The notes beneath the pieces are model-generated. The model saw nothing but the letters and a program-made list of their open reading frames with translations, searched no databases and was not told the DNA's origin. Made by a program: the position numbers and the translations under genes. Positions 48,650 to 62,402 of a stretch of 64,000 nucleotides of DNA are shown in pieces. The stretch spans positions 96,038,001-96,102,000 of the forward strand of contig NC_043002.1 of NCBI RefSeq assembly GCF_006345805.1. Reading direction: 5' to 3'. Each line of letters opens with the position of its first letter. Position 1 is the first letter of the stretch. Source of the stretch: Octopus sinensis. Its lineage: Eukaryota.

Positions 48650-49870
48650 CATTTAATAAAATACTTTTGTGAAAACTCATATTTAACATGTGTGAATACA
48701 CACCACTGAAATACTCCCAGGAGGAACGTCTCCTTCTAGAGAACATATGTGGAAACATATTCAGCTGTGAAAGAGGTCATTGGATTGTAGAAAGCATTTC
48801 TTTCTGTATTGTTAAATGTTATCATTTGTGAATACCAAACCTACCTTTCACAGATTGAGAGAACAATTCATCCTTATATTAGAACAATGAGCAGGACATT
48901 CACTGATGTGCACAAAGCTTTGTCAAGTAAGAATTAGCTAAAAGTGCACAAAGCAGCACTGAATAAAATATATTCATATATAATCATATTTAACATGTTC
49001 AAGTGCACTCAGATGTGAGAAGACCTTTCACTATGGAAATTGTCTTGGGCAAAAATTCTACTCTTAGACATGTGTGAAAATACAGTGTTGTTCCACGTCC
49101 AGGTGTACATGAACATGTAAAATAAACTTTAGAAGAATATATTTTATTTAACACTGCATTGTGACTTTAGCTAATTTATTCTAGCATGAAAATGCTTTAT
49201 GCACATCAGTAAATGTTCTGTTTGCTGTTCTAATATAAGAACAAATCATTCTTATGAACTGTGAAAGGCAGATTTGATATTTGTAGCTGATGACATGTAA
49301 CAAAGCAGACATGCATGCATCCTATTATCTAATAGGAGGCGCAATGGCCCAGTGGTTAGGGCAGCGGACTCGCGGTCATAGGATCGCGGTTTCGATTCCC
49401 AGACCGGGCGTTGTGTTTATTGAGCGAAAACACCTAAAAGCTCCACGAGGCTCCGGCAGGGGATGGTGGTGATCCCTGCTGTACTCTTTCACCACAACTT
49501 TCTCTCACTCTTACTTCCTGTTTCTGTTGTACCTGTATTTCAAGGGGCCGGCCTTGTCACTCTCTGTGTCACGCTGAATATCCCCGAGAACTACGTTAAG
49601 GGTGCACGTGTCTGTGGAGCGCTCAGCCACTTACATGTTAATTTCACGAGCAGGCTGTTCCGTTGATTCAGATCAACCGGAACCCTCATCGTCGTAACCG
49701 ACGGAGTGCTTCCATCCCATTATCTAATAACATAATTCTCAGTCTGATGTGTTTTCATACATGTTGTCCAGAAGGAGAATTTTTCTTCTGAGAGTATTTC
49801 TGCAGTGAAAAGTCTTCCCATGTCCAAATGTACTCGAATGTTAAATATGATTTTATACAAATAATGTATG
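48650..49870. repeat. Old foldback element (arms ~350 bp) with a SINE inserted in the right arm
   Basis: 48650-49000 aligns to the reverse complement of 49135-49334 plus 49730-49870. Confidence 0.65.
49335..49718 (+). mobile_element. Young tRNA-derived SINE (family D)
   Basis: A box tggcccagtgg, B-box-like gtttcgattccc, CpG-rich; TSD attatctaata (49324-49334, 49719-49729). Confidence 0.85.
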
Positions 49871-50797
49871 TGTATACATACACGCATGTGTGTAATGCAT
49901 GATGAAATGTAGTGCCTTTTACCCTTTTCCAGATCCTCTGAGATCAATTGCAGAAAGAGGGGAAGTTATCCTTAAACTGGAAACTCTAACTTAAATGCTT
50001 ACAACAGAGTGAACTCTGCTAAGGTTACCCAAGAACTAGATGCTGATGTAAAATCAGACAGTAGATTAAGTGTACCACCCCAAAACATTAATCAAACAGA
50101 AGTGGGTGGGTTGTCAGATAGCACCTGGGGCTTCATGCCAACTTATTAATGAAAGTGAATATAGATGGAAATGAAAATCCTACTTGTATAAATATTAATG
50201 CATTTGTTGGCAACAGGTATTGAGAGAATCACTGATAACAAGGAGTTAGTTAAAGTATTGTCTTCAATATATTTATAGCTTTTAAATATTTATAAAGTTG
50301 CATAAAGGAACTACCGGAGGAGGTATATTTTAATCAAATAATAGATGTCCTATGCAATTTTTTAAAAATAAAGAACTGGTGAGGAGAAGTAATGTACATC
50401 ACTTTTGTAGGATCTTACAGGTTAGTGAGATCAAAGTGATTGATATCTAGAATTTTCCACACATGTAGGTCAATGTATGCAGGAAAACCATTATTGGTAG
50501 AGGGTAGTGGTTCATGGTTTGGAGATGAGACACATTAAGAGTGACAACATTGTTTCTGAATAATATCCAGCAATAATCTAGTGGCTGAAAATGTTTATAA
50601 AACTACCCCACCAAAAATTTTGAAGCACGAAGCAAATCTTTTATCATGACAATAGTGAAGCAAGATACATTGTTGTTTTGCTTTGGGCCAACCCCAATCC
50701 AATAGGCCTGTGATCAAAAGTATTCCAGTCATGACTTTCTTTACAGGGACAATAAAGACTGCATTATCTTATATCACTTCCTTGTATTTAAAACAGT

Positions 50798-51275
50798 TAG
50801 TTAGTTAGTTAATTTTTTGGCTCAAAAAGCAAAAAGCAAGGCCATGTAGGGGGACATGGAGTTATGTACAGGGTGGTGTTCATGTAAAGAGTTCAGGCCA
50901 CTTGAGGTCAAGGGAGACTTTGAACCGAGCGGTCATCGGCATCTTCACCATCTCGTCAGGCAGCTTATTCCACGGATCCGCAACCCGGACGGAGAAAGCC
51001 CCTCTCCTTCGATTGAGATGACATCGTCGCAGATAGAGCTTTTCAGAATGACCCCGCAGCTGACGCTCTGGAGCAGGAGTGAAGAACGGCTCTTTCGAGA
51101 GGTCACACTTTCCGCTTATGATGTTGTGAACAAGAATGAGATCTCCACGGCGTCGTCGTTTTTCTAGAGAATAAAGGTCGAGCGTCTTCAGCCTTTCCTC
51201 ATAAGACAAATTCTTGAGACCAAGAACCATGCGGGTAGCCAGCTTCTGGACTCTTTCGAGATGCTGTATGTCTTT
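50798..51275 (-). mobile_element. CR1-type LINE 3' fragment with (TAAC)n tail
   Basis: ORF 50880-51230 LSYEERLKTLDLYSLEKRRRRGDLI...RGHSEKL...FSVRVADPWNKLP. Confidence 0.88.
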
Positions 51276-51584
51276 GAGGAGATAAGTGGAGAATGAATTG
51301 AGGGAGATTTGACTGTTATTTCTAGCGTGTGATCCCCCACCATATATTTTATGTATGAATTAATCTTCCTTCAAATCTGCTTCTTGTTAATTATTGAAAT
51401 AAAGTAAAAGCAGAGATAAAGAGAATAATTGATGTCTGACTACAACTAAATACACTAAGACAAAAGATTCAAAAGTCTTAGTAATACATTATTGTTTGAT
51501 TCATCAAAGAGAATGTGACATGATGTATTATTTAATGGATACCATCATCCTCATCATCAACATTTAGTGTGTGTTTTCCAATAA

Positions 51585-51810
51585 GGCAGCAAGCTAGCAG
51601 AATCATTAGCACACCAGACAAAATGCTTATTGGTATTTTGTCCATCTTTACATTCTGGGTTCAAATTCTGCCGAGGTCAACTTTGCCTTTCATCCTTTTG
51701 GGGGTCGATAAAATAAGTACCAGTTGAACACTGGGGTTGACGTAATCAACTAGCCCTCTCCCACCCCCACCCCACCCCCATCTTGCTGGCCCTGCACCGA
51801 ATTTTGAAAT
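51585..51810 (+). mobile_element. SINE family A variant
   Basis: Core gaggtcaactttgcctttcatcc...ggggtcgataaaataagtaccag. Confidence 0.75.
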
Positions 51811-52647
51811 CAGTGTCTGTTTTCTATGTTGGTATTAGTTAGTTTGACAGGACCTGGCAAGCACCAAGCTTCACTCTCTACTTTGGTATGGTTTCAGCAG
51901 CTGGATGCTCTTCCTAATGCCAACAACTTTAGGCCGTATATTGGGTGCTTTTTTGAAGTGGTACCAACACCAACTGGAAGACAAAAGACCCCGGGGGGTG
52001 GCGGAGTAGTAGTGAAGGAGATGGTTTTGTGCCAGATGCTGAGAAGTTAAAGTATGACAGAAGAGAGGAGTGAAAGAGACTAATATTTGCTAACTTGCTG
52101 AGGTATAATATTTGAGTGATTAAGACAGTGTTTTTCCAAGTAAATTCCATGAAAAAATTCTGACATTTTATGAGATAAGGAATCTTTATCTTTCCGCCAT
52201 TGGATTGCAGCCATGCTGGGGCACTGCTTTGAAAGGTTTGGGTCAAATGAATTGACCCTAGTACTTTTTTTTAATCTTTTAAGCCTATTACTTATTGTAT
52301 CAGTCTCTTTTGATAAACTTCTAAGTTACAGGGATGTCAGCAAACCAACACTGGTTGTCAAGTGGTGGTGGGGTACAAACACAAAAGATAAATATATATA
52401 AATATCAATGGTGGTGGCATTAACTCATATCTGAGTACTTAATCCTCTTCATCTTGATGGGTGCAGAGGTTGCCGGTTTGTGAGATGGCAGTATAGAAGA
52501 ACCAGGGGCATTTTTCACAGCACAGAGTTGGCAGAGAACAAGGAAGTGCAAGTTGCTCTTTGCATCTTCGACATCCAATCTCTGCCTCTTGACATTTGTT
52601 ATTTTTCCATCTAGTCTGTTTCCTCGATGATAACATGCCACATATAT

Positions 52648-52877
52648 ATATTTCTTTACTACCCACAAGGGGCTAAACATAGAGGGGACAAACATGGACA
52701 GACAAAGGGATTAAGTCGATTACATCGACCCAGTGCGAAACTGGTACTTTATTTATCGATCCAGAGAGGATGAAAGGTAAAGTCGACCTCGGCGGAATTT
52801 GAACTCAGAACATAGCGGCAGACGAAATACCGCTAAGCATTTCGCCCAGCGCGCTAACAATTCTACCAGTTCACTGC
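52648..52877 (-). mobile_element. SINE family A copy
   Basis: Full-length; gccacatatata repeated on both sides. Confidence 0.8.
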
Positions 52878-52879
52878 CA

Positions 52880-53475
52880 CATATATACAAGATAGGCTTC
52901 TTTTAGCTTCCGTCTGCCAAATCCTTTCACAAGGCTTTGGTCAGCCTGAGGCTATAATAGATGACACCTGCCTTAAATGCCACAGTGGACCCAGAACCAT
53001 GTAGTTGGGAAGCAAACTTCTAACCATGAAGTTGTGTCTGTGCCCACTCTTTTACTTGTTTCAGCCATTTGACTGTGGCCAAGCTGGAGCACCGCCTTTA
53101 GTCAAGCAAATCGACCCCAGGACTTATTCTTTGTAAACCTAGTACTTATTCTATCGGTCTCTTTTGCTGAATCGCTAAGTTACGGGGACGTAAACACACC
53201 AGCATCAGTTGTCAAGCGATGTTGGGGGGGGGGAGGGACAAACACAGACACACAAACATATACACACACATACATATATATAAATATATGTATATATAAA
53301 TATATATACACATATATACGACGGACTTCTTTCACTTTCCGTCTACCAAATCCACTCACAAGGATTTGGTCGGCCTGAGGCTATAGTAGACACTTGCTCA
53401 AGGTGCCACGCAGTGGGACTTAACCCGGAACCATGAGGTTTGTAAGCAAGCTATTTACCACACAGCCACTCCTAA
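52880..53475 (-). mobile_element. SINE family B: partial copy plus full copy
   Basis: 53055-53475 is the reverse complement of 33696-34098. Confidence 0.75.
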
Positions 53476-53889
53476 TAAATATCTTAATAAAATTCCAAAA
53501 AATTTATTTTATTAAAAAAAAAAAAAGGTATTCATCATTATGAAAATAATAGTTTTTCATATTTTTGTAAATAAATTCTCTTTTTCTAAAACAATTTTTG
53601 TTCTTCACACATCTGTGACCTCTTCAGTGACACTTTCCATCTTCGTGTGTGCTCTTGCTCTGCTTAGTCCATTCTCTTCAATTTTTGTTCTATTTAACGT
53701 CTTCTTAAAATTAGGATAGCAGGGACTGTCTGTGAAATATAGGTGTTGGTTCTGCGATTTTTAGAAAATTACACAAAAAGTTTTGTGACAAAATAAGTTT
53801 GGAAACCGCTAGTTCAAGAAACTGAGTTAAATTCTTCAGCAACTGTTTATTTTCCATAAAACAAGGCTCAATATTCATAAATGAAATGT

Positions 53890-54095
53890 GGTGAGCTGGT
53901 AGAGACATTACAGCACCAGGAAACATGCTTGGCAGTATTTCTTCTCACTTCAAGTTCTGAGTTCAAATGCTACTGGGGTTGACGTTGCATTTCATCCTTT
54001 CGGGGTCAATAAAATAAGTACCAGTTGGACACTGGGGTTGATGTAATCGACTTACCCCTCTCCCGAACTTGCTGGCCTTGTGCCAAAATTTAAAA
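53890..54095 (+). mobile_element. SINE family A variant
   Basis: ggtgagctggtagag...cctttcggggtcaataaaataagtaccag...ccttgtgccaaaattt. Confidence 0.7.
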
Positions 54096-54544
54096 CCAAT
54101 ATTCATCTATCAACTTGATTGGAAAATAAGTATTCCGTCTACACCATAATAATTATAAGGAAAAGGATTCTGCTAATAAAAGAGAACTGCAGATACCAAC
54201 AGCTTATTTAGATTCAAATTTACAGAAGTCATCACCAAGTTCTAACAAAACAGCCAAAAATGACATTTCATGCTAACGGAATATTTCTAACATTTTGAGT
54301 GCAGGTATTATAATTTTTTTTTTTACTTCAGCTATGATTAAAAAAAATAGTGGTTTCATCAATATTAAAGTAACTGATACGTAATAACTGGGTACCCTCA
54401 CTTTTATAGGTCTAGATTCGACTAGAAAAACTAAAATTCGAAATATATCCCAAAAGTATATAAAATTAGTAATGTATTCGAAATGATATATATATATAAT
54501 TTCAACAATATAAAGGAATGGCCCTCGTAGGCCATTCGTCTCAC

Positions 54545-54560
54545 CAGAAAGAGCAGCCAT
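54545..54560 (-). CDS. Candidate first coding micro-exon (MAALS) of an unidentified minus-strand gene
   Basis: ATGGCTGCTCTTTCTG|GTGAGA donor within CpG-enriched non-repeat DNA; splices in frame to 53605-53729. No homology recognised. Confidence 0.3.
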
Positions 54561-54599
54561 ATATAAGAACAAATCAACTAAGATATTGGTTACAGATTG

Positions 54600-56100
54600 T
54601 TACAATAAGGTCATCAGATATACCAGCAGCCGTTGAATTCGGGCAGGTGACTTGCGAAGAGAGTCTGTAACGTTTTACCAGCTTAACAGAAAAAAAAAAA
54701 AAAAGGAAAGGGAAAGTGGACAGATTTTACAAAATTTAATCCCCTGCATTCCATCAGCAACCGTCGCAGTGTTCCTAAAGTGAAATTAGGCAGGCAGGTT
54801 CTCCACACCTTTCATAGGAACAATTGTTGCGAATTAAATGACGTTTTGCGCGCCATTCGATACAACATCCAATTCCAAAGCACATACTAAATCACTAACT
54901 GTCCAAACTTCTCGGTGGGTAGCAGCAATGTCCAATATCTCACTCATTCGGGTCGCTAATAGTAATTTCTGCATGTAAAAGTCCAATCGTGAAACATTAT
55001 AAATTACGTAATCAAAAGACCAATTCGAATTATGGACCGAAAAAGCAAGGATACCCTAATAAGAGAATCTTTGCTTTTATTATATGGAATATTATTAATG
55101 ACTGATCCAATAAAATACGTAATCTAAAACGTAAATTCGCTCATGGCGATGTCAAGGGAACCTTTACGTGGTTGCTTGCTAGAAATAGCTACCAAATTTC
55201 CTTAAAATTATACTCTACCGACTTAAAAATAATACTCAACACTATATGGAATATGTAATGACACCGGGGTAATAGAAAAAACCCCAAAAAACGATGAGTT
55301 TATTGTTGCATTACGTTTAACTATAGATCTGCTCATTCAAGAGTGACCTAGGGCTGAAAAACAATAACAATTAAGATGGGTTTTTTTTAAGTTGTTAGAA
55401 AATAATACACAGAAATTGACATTTTTAGCTTCCTTATCACGATATTCTTGTCAACAATAAATGAACGTCTGGAATATATACATATACATACAGGCTTATA
55501 TAAAGGCTAAATGAATGGAAACACGTTTATGTACACGAGGGAACATGTATATTATGTAAACAGAAATATAGGATACCTCTGATACCCCTGATGAAAAGCA
55601 TTCCTGCCGTAACCATCCAGTCCTTTTGTATATCTAAAACTACATTATCGAATGTGCCCTTCCTTTTTTTTTTAAAGACAATAGGGTGAGATTTGAAGGG
55701 AATTTAACTGCTATTTTTAGCAGATCGAGTGAGTGTGTAGAAGCTCTCACGTTGGGCTCGCAAACTCGCTTATGTATTTGGGAGTGTATGTGTGTGTAAA
55801 CACTCGCCTCGCAATTTTATGAATCGATAATGGGAAATACGAATATAAAAGAATTTATCTAATTATATAAGATAGCGAAACTGGAAAACGCTGAAAATGT
55901 ATTGGTAATTATCACTAAATTCCGGTTATTGGCTTGAAAATAAAATAAACCCCGTACGTGCAATAAGGAGGAGAAAGTACCGCCGCGTAGATAATGTGCC
56001 ATGTGAAATTTAAAGGCTTCGAAGCTGACCCGGAAGTAAAAACTCTGTGTTGTCAGTAAAATAGTTATATAATAAAGTGTCAATTAACTCCATCCATTAT
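54600..56100. promoter_or_regulatory. Probable divergent promoter region
   Basis: CpG less depleted than elsewhere; several CCAAT/ATTGG motifs near 54590-54990; ETS-type CCGGAAGT at 56030-56037 upstream of the LONRF-like ATG. Confidence 0.35.
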
Positions 56101-56468
56101 ACAAGTCAGACTCAGTGTAGGTTTGTTGTATGCTGTGGCAGGTCTGACAACATTGTCGTCGGAATAACTTGCTACTCATCATACAGTAATCGCTACATAT
56201 GTACTTATTATTAAAAAAAAAGAAATTAAAACAACTAAGTTCATAATACGATGGTTGTTGTTTGTAATCTTAACGAATCTCCGAACTGTTTTTTCTGTTT
56301 AAATCATACACAGTGTAATGACAAGAACCGGCAAACAGCATTTATTCAGCTTTTAACAAGCAGCTGCTGGGACGCAGAAATAACAGCAGAAAAAGTATCT
56401 GGTTGTGATGTTTAAATCTTATGTAAGTTAGCTAACAGTTACTGAATGGTGCTCTGGGAAAACAAACA

Positions 56469-56722
56469 ATGGTTGATTTAAGGCAAGATAATAATTATTT
56501 AGATTCTTCTGAAAGTTCACTGGTGTTTAGATTGTTGGGACAAGCCGATAATTTGGCTCAGAATGGTAAAATCACGTTAGCATTCAATACATACTCGAAG
56601 GCTTTGAAACTATTTAACTACCCGGCTCAGAAACTGCTCTGTCTTGCTGATGCTTTAATAAAATCTCACAATAACCGAGAAATTTATACCCGTATGTCTT
56701 CGGAAAAAATTCAACTCTTCAG
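56469..56722 (+). CDS. LONRF: First coding exon of a probable LON peptidase N-terminal domain and RING finger (LONRF) family gene
   Basis: LLGQADNLAQNGKITLAFNTYSKA resembles the N-terminal TPR-like helix of vertebrate LONRF3 as I recall it (LLxQADxLAxxGxIxxAxxxY); ends ...IQLF at a strong donor AG|GTAAGA, where the first RING would be expected. No later exon identified in the window. Confidence 0.55.
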
Positions 56723-57704
56723 GTAAGAAAATACTTCATTTTCAATAATTTTACCTTCAACGAAATATATATATATATATAGGTCTATATATCTCTTCTA
56801 AGTATATTTAACTCTTTCCGTTTTGATGACATTTTAATTCACTATGGCTTTAAAAAATACTAATTTCAAGCCGAATTGCATTTAAAACGTTTGATATAAT
56901 CTAAATATGAAACTGAACAATTATATTGTTAATTATTATTGCTGCAAGTAGTTGAGGTATTGTATTTCGTGTTTAATTTGTACCGGTATTCGATGTGTTT
57001 TAAATTTGATGTTCGTGTAGTTATGTAATTGTTACATAAGACTTAAAATGCAAGAAACGGAAGCCATTTCTGGCCCTGATATATATAAAACTCGACAAAA
57101 ACAGATATTAGAAATAAAATATTGAATTCCAGCTGAAAATTATTAAACATATGAAGTCTAAAATGCGATTTTGCCGTGCTAATAATGCGTTTAGAGCCAC
57201 GTATCGCAAACGGTCGCCTTTGTTTACAAAGTTCTAAAATGTCAGATTATTCCTTACTCGTGTTTAATTTTGCATTGTTTATTACCTCTCGGTAATTTTA
57301 ATACCATTTCAATTTTTTACTTTAAATTAAATGATCATACTAGAATTATTCTATTAAAACTATTTTTACCTTTCATATAAATATATATTACAAAATAATC
57401 TTTTTTCGTGACTACCGATTGATTTTGTTTTCTTTTTGTGGGGTGCTGCGGCACCGGTCAGTTTTCACACAACTGTATATAATTCCGCATGTTTTTGCGT
57501 CGGGGCATCTTAGTATCCACGGTTGAAGAAGTGGGGATTTCTCTTTAGTAGTTCCCCAAAATTTTTCAAACTGAGAGATTGCTGAGGGGACAACAAAGGG
57601 ATTATCTCTTTATATATACATAAAGTATAATTATAAATATATAATTAAGGGCGCTGGAAGGACAGTGCCTGTACGCTTGAAACAGTCATCAAATGACTAT
57701 CCTA

Positions 57705-57928
57705 ATTGTGTGTGTGTATATATATATGTATGTATGTATATATATAGTGTGTGTATGTATGTATGTATGTATATATATATATATTATATATATATAGTGT
57801 GTATGTATGTATGTATGTATATATATATATAATATATATATATATAGTGTGTGTATGTATGTATGTATATATATATATTATATATATATATAATATATAT
57901 ATATATATATAGTGTGTGTGTATATATA

Positions 57929-57970
<42 letters not shown>

Positions 57971-58310
57971 TGTGTGTGTGTATGTATGTATGTATGTATA
58001 TATATATATAGTGTGTGTGTGTGAATGTATGTATGTATATATATAGTGTGTGTATGTATGTATGTATGTATATATATAGTGTGTGTGTGTGTATGTATGT
58101 ATATATATAGTGTGTGTATGTATATATATATATATATATGGTTATCAGTAACAATAAAGGGTGAAATTAATTAATTTGGAATAATTATTAATTACACCAA
58201 GTAGTAGTACTTACTTACTTATATATATATATATATTATATATAGTGTGTGTGTATGTATGTATGTATGTATATATAATATATATATATATAGTGTGTGT
58301 ATGTATGATG

Positions 58311-58345
<35 letters not shown>

Positions 58346-58417
58346 TGTGTATGTATATATATATATTATATATATATATATGTATGTATGTATATATATA
58401 GTGTGTGTGTGTGTATG

Positions 58418-58466
<49 letters not shown>

Positions 58467-58580
58467 TGTGTGTGTGTGTATGTATGTATGTAATGTATAT
58501 ATATATATATAGTGTGTGTGTGTATGTATGTATGTATATATATATATATATATATATAGTGTGTGTGTATATATATTGTC
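57705..58580. repeat. Two blocks of compound TA/TG/TATG microsatellite with repeated agtgtgtg motifs
   Basis: Direct inspection; interrupted by unique sequence at 58140-58215. Confidence 0.95.
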
Positions 58581-59805
58581 CGAAAATTTTTAAATGACTA
58601 AGACCAGTTAGTGAAAGTTTAAATTTGAAGTCTTAAAGTTTTTTTGTTTTTCTTTTTTGGTGGGGAGGTCAAGTAACTAGCGCTACCACGCTATCTTAAA
58701 CATAGTGAGGTGTTGTAGATGCTTCTCTTTAAACAATTGCAACTATTCACCCAAAATCATGGCCCACCTTCGGCAGTTTTCTCCAAAATGTACAATTATA
58801 TAAGAGGTTTTGTTAATTTTAAAATAATGGCCTTATCACGTACATACAGAAACGAGAAAACAATTTGTTAAATGATATTCAAAAACAAAAAAGCACTTTA
58901 TTTCCTATTTAAGCAATATGATCTTACATAACAATTCATATTTCAAATATTTTGGTGGGTTTTTTTTCTCTCTCTTCACAAAAAATTATTGTGCTACAAA
59001 AGCTTTATTTTTGACATTGTTATATTGTTTTGTTTAATTGCTTATCAAAAGTAAGGTATCCTCCAAAACCTTTATGTAACAAATTTGGGGTACAACAATG
59101 CCTTAACAACATTGTCTGTTTCCGATATTTGAATATTTTTTACTACTATTTTCTTAAACTGCAAAATATATGTTCAATTTTATTCGTTATATGTATTGTG
59201 TACCCAGAAAAAAATGATTATGTAACTTTTGAGATATGTTTTGTAACTGAATCCAGTTGAAATCTGAATCTATTGCAGCTGATATAATTATTTCAAAGTA
59301 AAGTAAACCTTTTTGCATTAAAAAAATTGAAGTGAATTTGAATAATTAAGATTGCGTCAAAACGCTTTCAGATGTTAATTAAAATATATTTTATTAATAA
59401 TGGCTATTTTCACGTTTTATTGCAGATTTTGTAATATATTCGTTTAAAATTATCTAATTTTCTCAAATATTTAAATTTGAATATGATTTTAAAACATTTT
59501 AATCCGTTTTCTGAAATCCTGTGTTCGTTGTTGTTTTTTGCTCCAACCCCACCCGTTTCTGAAAAATTATATAAGGGTTATCATTTTATGGACAATGCAT
59601 TAAAGAGAGCATGTGGCATGAATTGTTACAATATTACAATTAAAATTCTTCGTTTCCAATATTTGAACAGGTGTTTAATATTTCAATGATAGTTCAAGGC
59701 CGTTAGTTTGGTGGTGTACGTGCCGACTGTTGTTTTCCTGAAATAAACTTCTCTGAGACGTGTGTGTTATGTGGGCGTGCGTCAGTGTGTATATATGCAT
59801 GTATG

Positions 59806-59841
<36 letters not shown>

Positions 59842-61894
59842 TCACGTGTACGTATGTATATTAATGTATATTATATAATATACATAACCGTGTGTATTAG
59901 ACAAAGTAGAAAATATTTGTAAAGACCGACGACGGAGGTGTCCTTCTACTATTACATAATAGATATAAGTCCGTCACAAATGTTGGTGATATAATCGCTT
60001 GAATTAGGATGAAAACCTATTCAGCATGTTACGAACAACAATGTGTGCATGTCGATGTGCTAAATTAGCTTTTTATGTTATTCAACAATTATCTGGAGAA
60101 AGTTCAATTTTTATCATGGCCAATTCTAGAGTGATATCTTTTAGTTTGGCAAGACTTTAAGGGAGAACTGAATACAATTGATATTTAAAAAGGAAGTGAA
60201 GCAAATTAAGTTTTCGTTGTAATTCTGTTACCTTTAATTCTCTCCGTCGGTTTAATTGCACTGAATCATTTACTAACTTTAAAAATAATTAAAAACACCC
60301 CCCCCCACCACCGCGAATCCTATTGGAGTTCTGTTCAGAGGTCAGAGTATTTAAACCTAAAACAAAATGTTTAATTTATGAGTTTTACGTACAAAAATCT
60401 ATTTAATTTCAGTTCGCATCTAAGAAGCTTTATAATGTTTGCCTTCTGTCCGCTACTTATTTTAAATCCCCAATTACTAAGTCTGGAAGGAGTTGTGCTT
60501 AATCGTAGACCAAAGGTTCGAATCTTATAAAAGCAAGATAAAACGCAACTACATTTCAAATGATTGGAAAATAGTTTTTCGAGGCACTTTGTTTCAAAAA
60601 ACTGTTGAAAAATATTAAAGTACATGAAATTTCAACTTCCTATTTAACATGTAATGGAAGCGCGAGTTAAAGCACTTAATCTAGATTTTGTAGATTAAAG
60701 TTAGATTATCAAAATATATAAAATGAATAAAGATTACCAAAATTTAAAAGAAATATAGTAATTCTAATTTATTCTCTCTTATATATTTATATTTAAAAAA
60801 GGGGGTAATGAACATTTCGTACAGGATAATGATTGATATAAGCAGACATTCTAGGCACTTCAGATGAAGTTATATAACCTCACAAATTTGGACATTTTAG
60901 AATGTAAAGCTTTAAGGTAGCAACATCAAAGACATCATATGTTTTCTGGTGGCAACCTACAAAAATCTCTAAAAGTCCTAATATTCCATTTTATTTCTAA
61001 TAGGTATAAAGTAATGGAGTAAAAAAAAAAAAAAAAAAGGTATTTTATTTTCTGTAAATTTGAAATCTAAATTTCCACGTTTTGCTACATATGGAAATAA
61101 ATCATTTATTTATTAGCATCATTTAAATAGGTATTCTTAAAGATTCAACAAAAATTTTAATTTTTAATTTTCTTTTTATTTAGATTGCCCTGTACGTGAC
61201 ATGCTATCCCACCTATATATTCGTAATTATTGCGTTCTCATCTAGTCTGGCGGTTTTTTTTACCCCCGCCAGTATTGGTCAGTTACGTAAGACTGTTCTG
61301 AGTTGGCGATCTCTGTTAAACAAAAAGTGGACAGGGATTTCGTTACAGATAATTCGTCAATGATATATATTACTGATGGTGATTTTCAATGTATCTTCTC
61401 CATAACGTGATATTCATTGGCGACGGATAAATGAGTAATTGAAATGATTTCTAAAAGTTAATTATGTCAAGTTGCTGTTATTGTGTAACCCCTGGTCAGC
61501 TTTGATTCAATCGATCTATGATCAAAAGTGTTCTAAACCTTTTCCTTTTTCACTGTATATATATATATATATCTTAAATTACAGGGGTCAGTGCGTCGAT
61601 CCTCCTTTTTCTTTATAGGTGTGATTTGAGTGAGATTTCACTGTCATTTCCATCATTTTAAGTGACTCACGTAGATGTTGGCTCTTAAATTGCGACGAAG
61701 CAAAGGTGTTTAACACGCAAACAATAACTATTCCTCTTAATATTGGAGACGTAGTCTAGATAAGAGCAACTGTATTGTGCGTGTACATGCGTTTTTTTTG
61801 TTTTTGTGTGTATTTCATGTATGAGTTTATATATTATATACGTATGTTACTCTTTTACTTGTTTAGCCAGAGCCGGGGCTATCTAAACGTGTGC

Positions 61895-61895
<1 letters not shown>

Positions 61896-61969
<74 letters not shown>

Positions 61970-62245
61970 TATATATATATGTATGTATATATGTATAAAT
62001 ATATGTATGTATATATGTATAAATATATGTATGTATATATATATATAATATATATGTATAAATATATGTATATATGTATAAATATATGTATATATGTATA
62101 AATATATGTATATATGTATAAATATATGTATATATATATGTATGTATATATGTATATATATATATATGTATGTATATATGTATATATATATATATGTATG
62201 TATATATGTATATATACATATATGTATAAATATATGTATGTATAA

Positions 62246-62278
<33 letters not shown>

Positions 62279-62325
62279 TGTATATATGTATATATACATA
62301 TATGTATAAATATATGTATGTATAA

Positions 62326-62358
<33 letters not shown>

Positions 62359-62368
62359 TGTATGTATG

Positions 62369-62402
<34 letters not shown>

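Noticed and set aside
49970-50148. About 58 open codons on the plus strand (TGNSNLNAYNRV...FMPTY)
   Set aside because: No start codon or clear splice sites, and no recognisable motif; compatible with chance.
61184-61245. Possible second LONRF exon after tttttatttag (CPVRDML...)
   Set aside because: The phase required by exon 1 gives a stop within five codons, and there is no RING Cys pattern.
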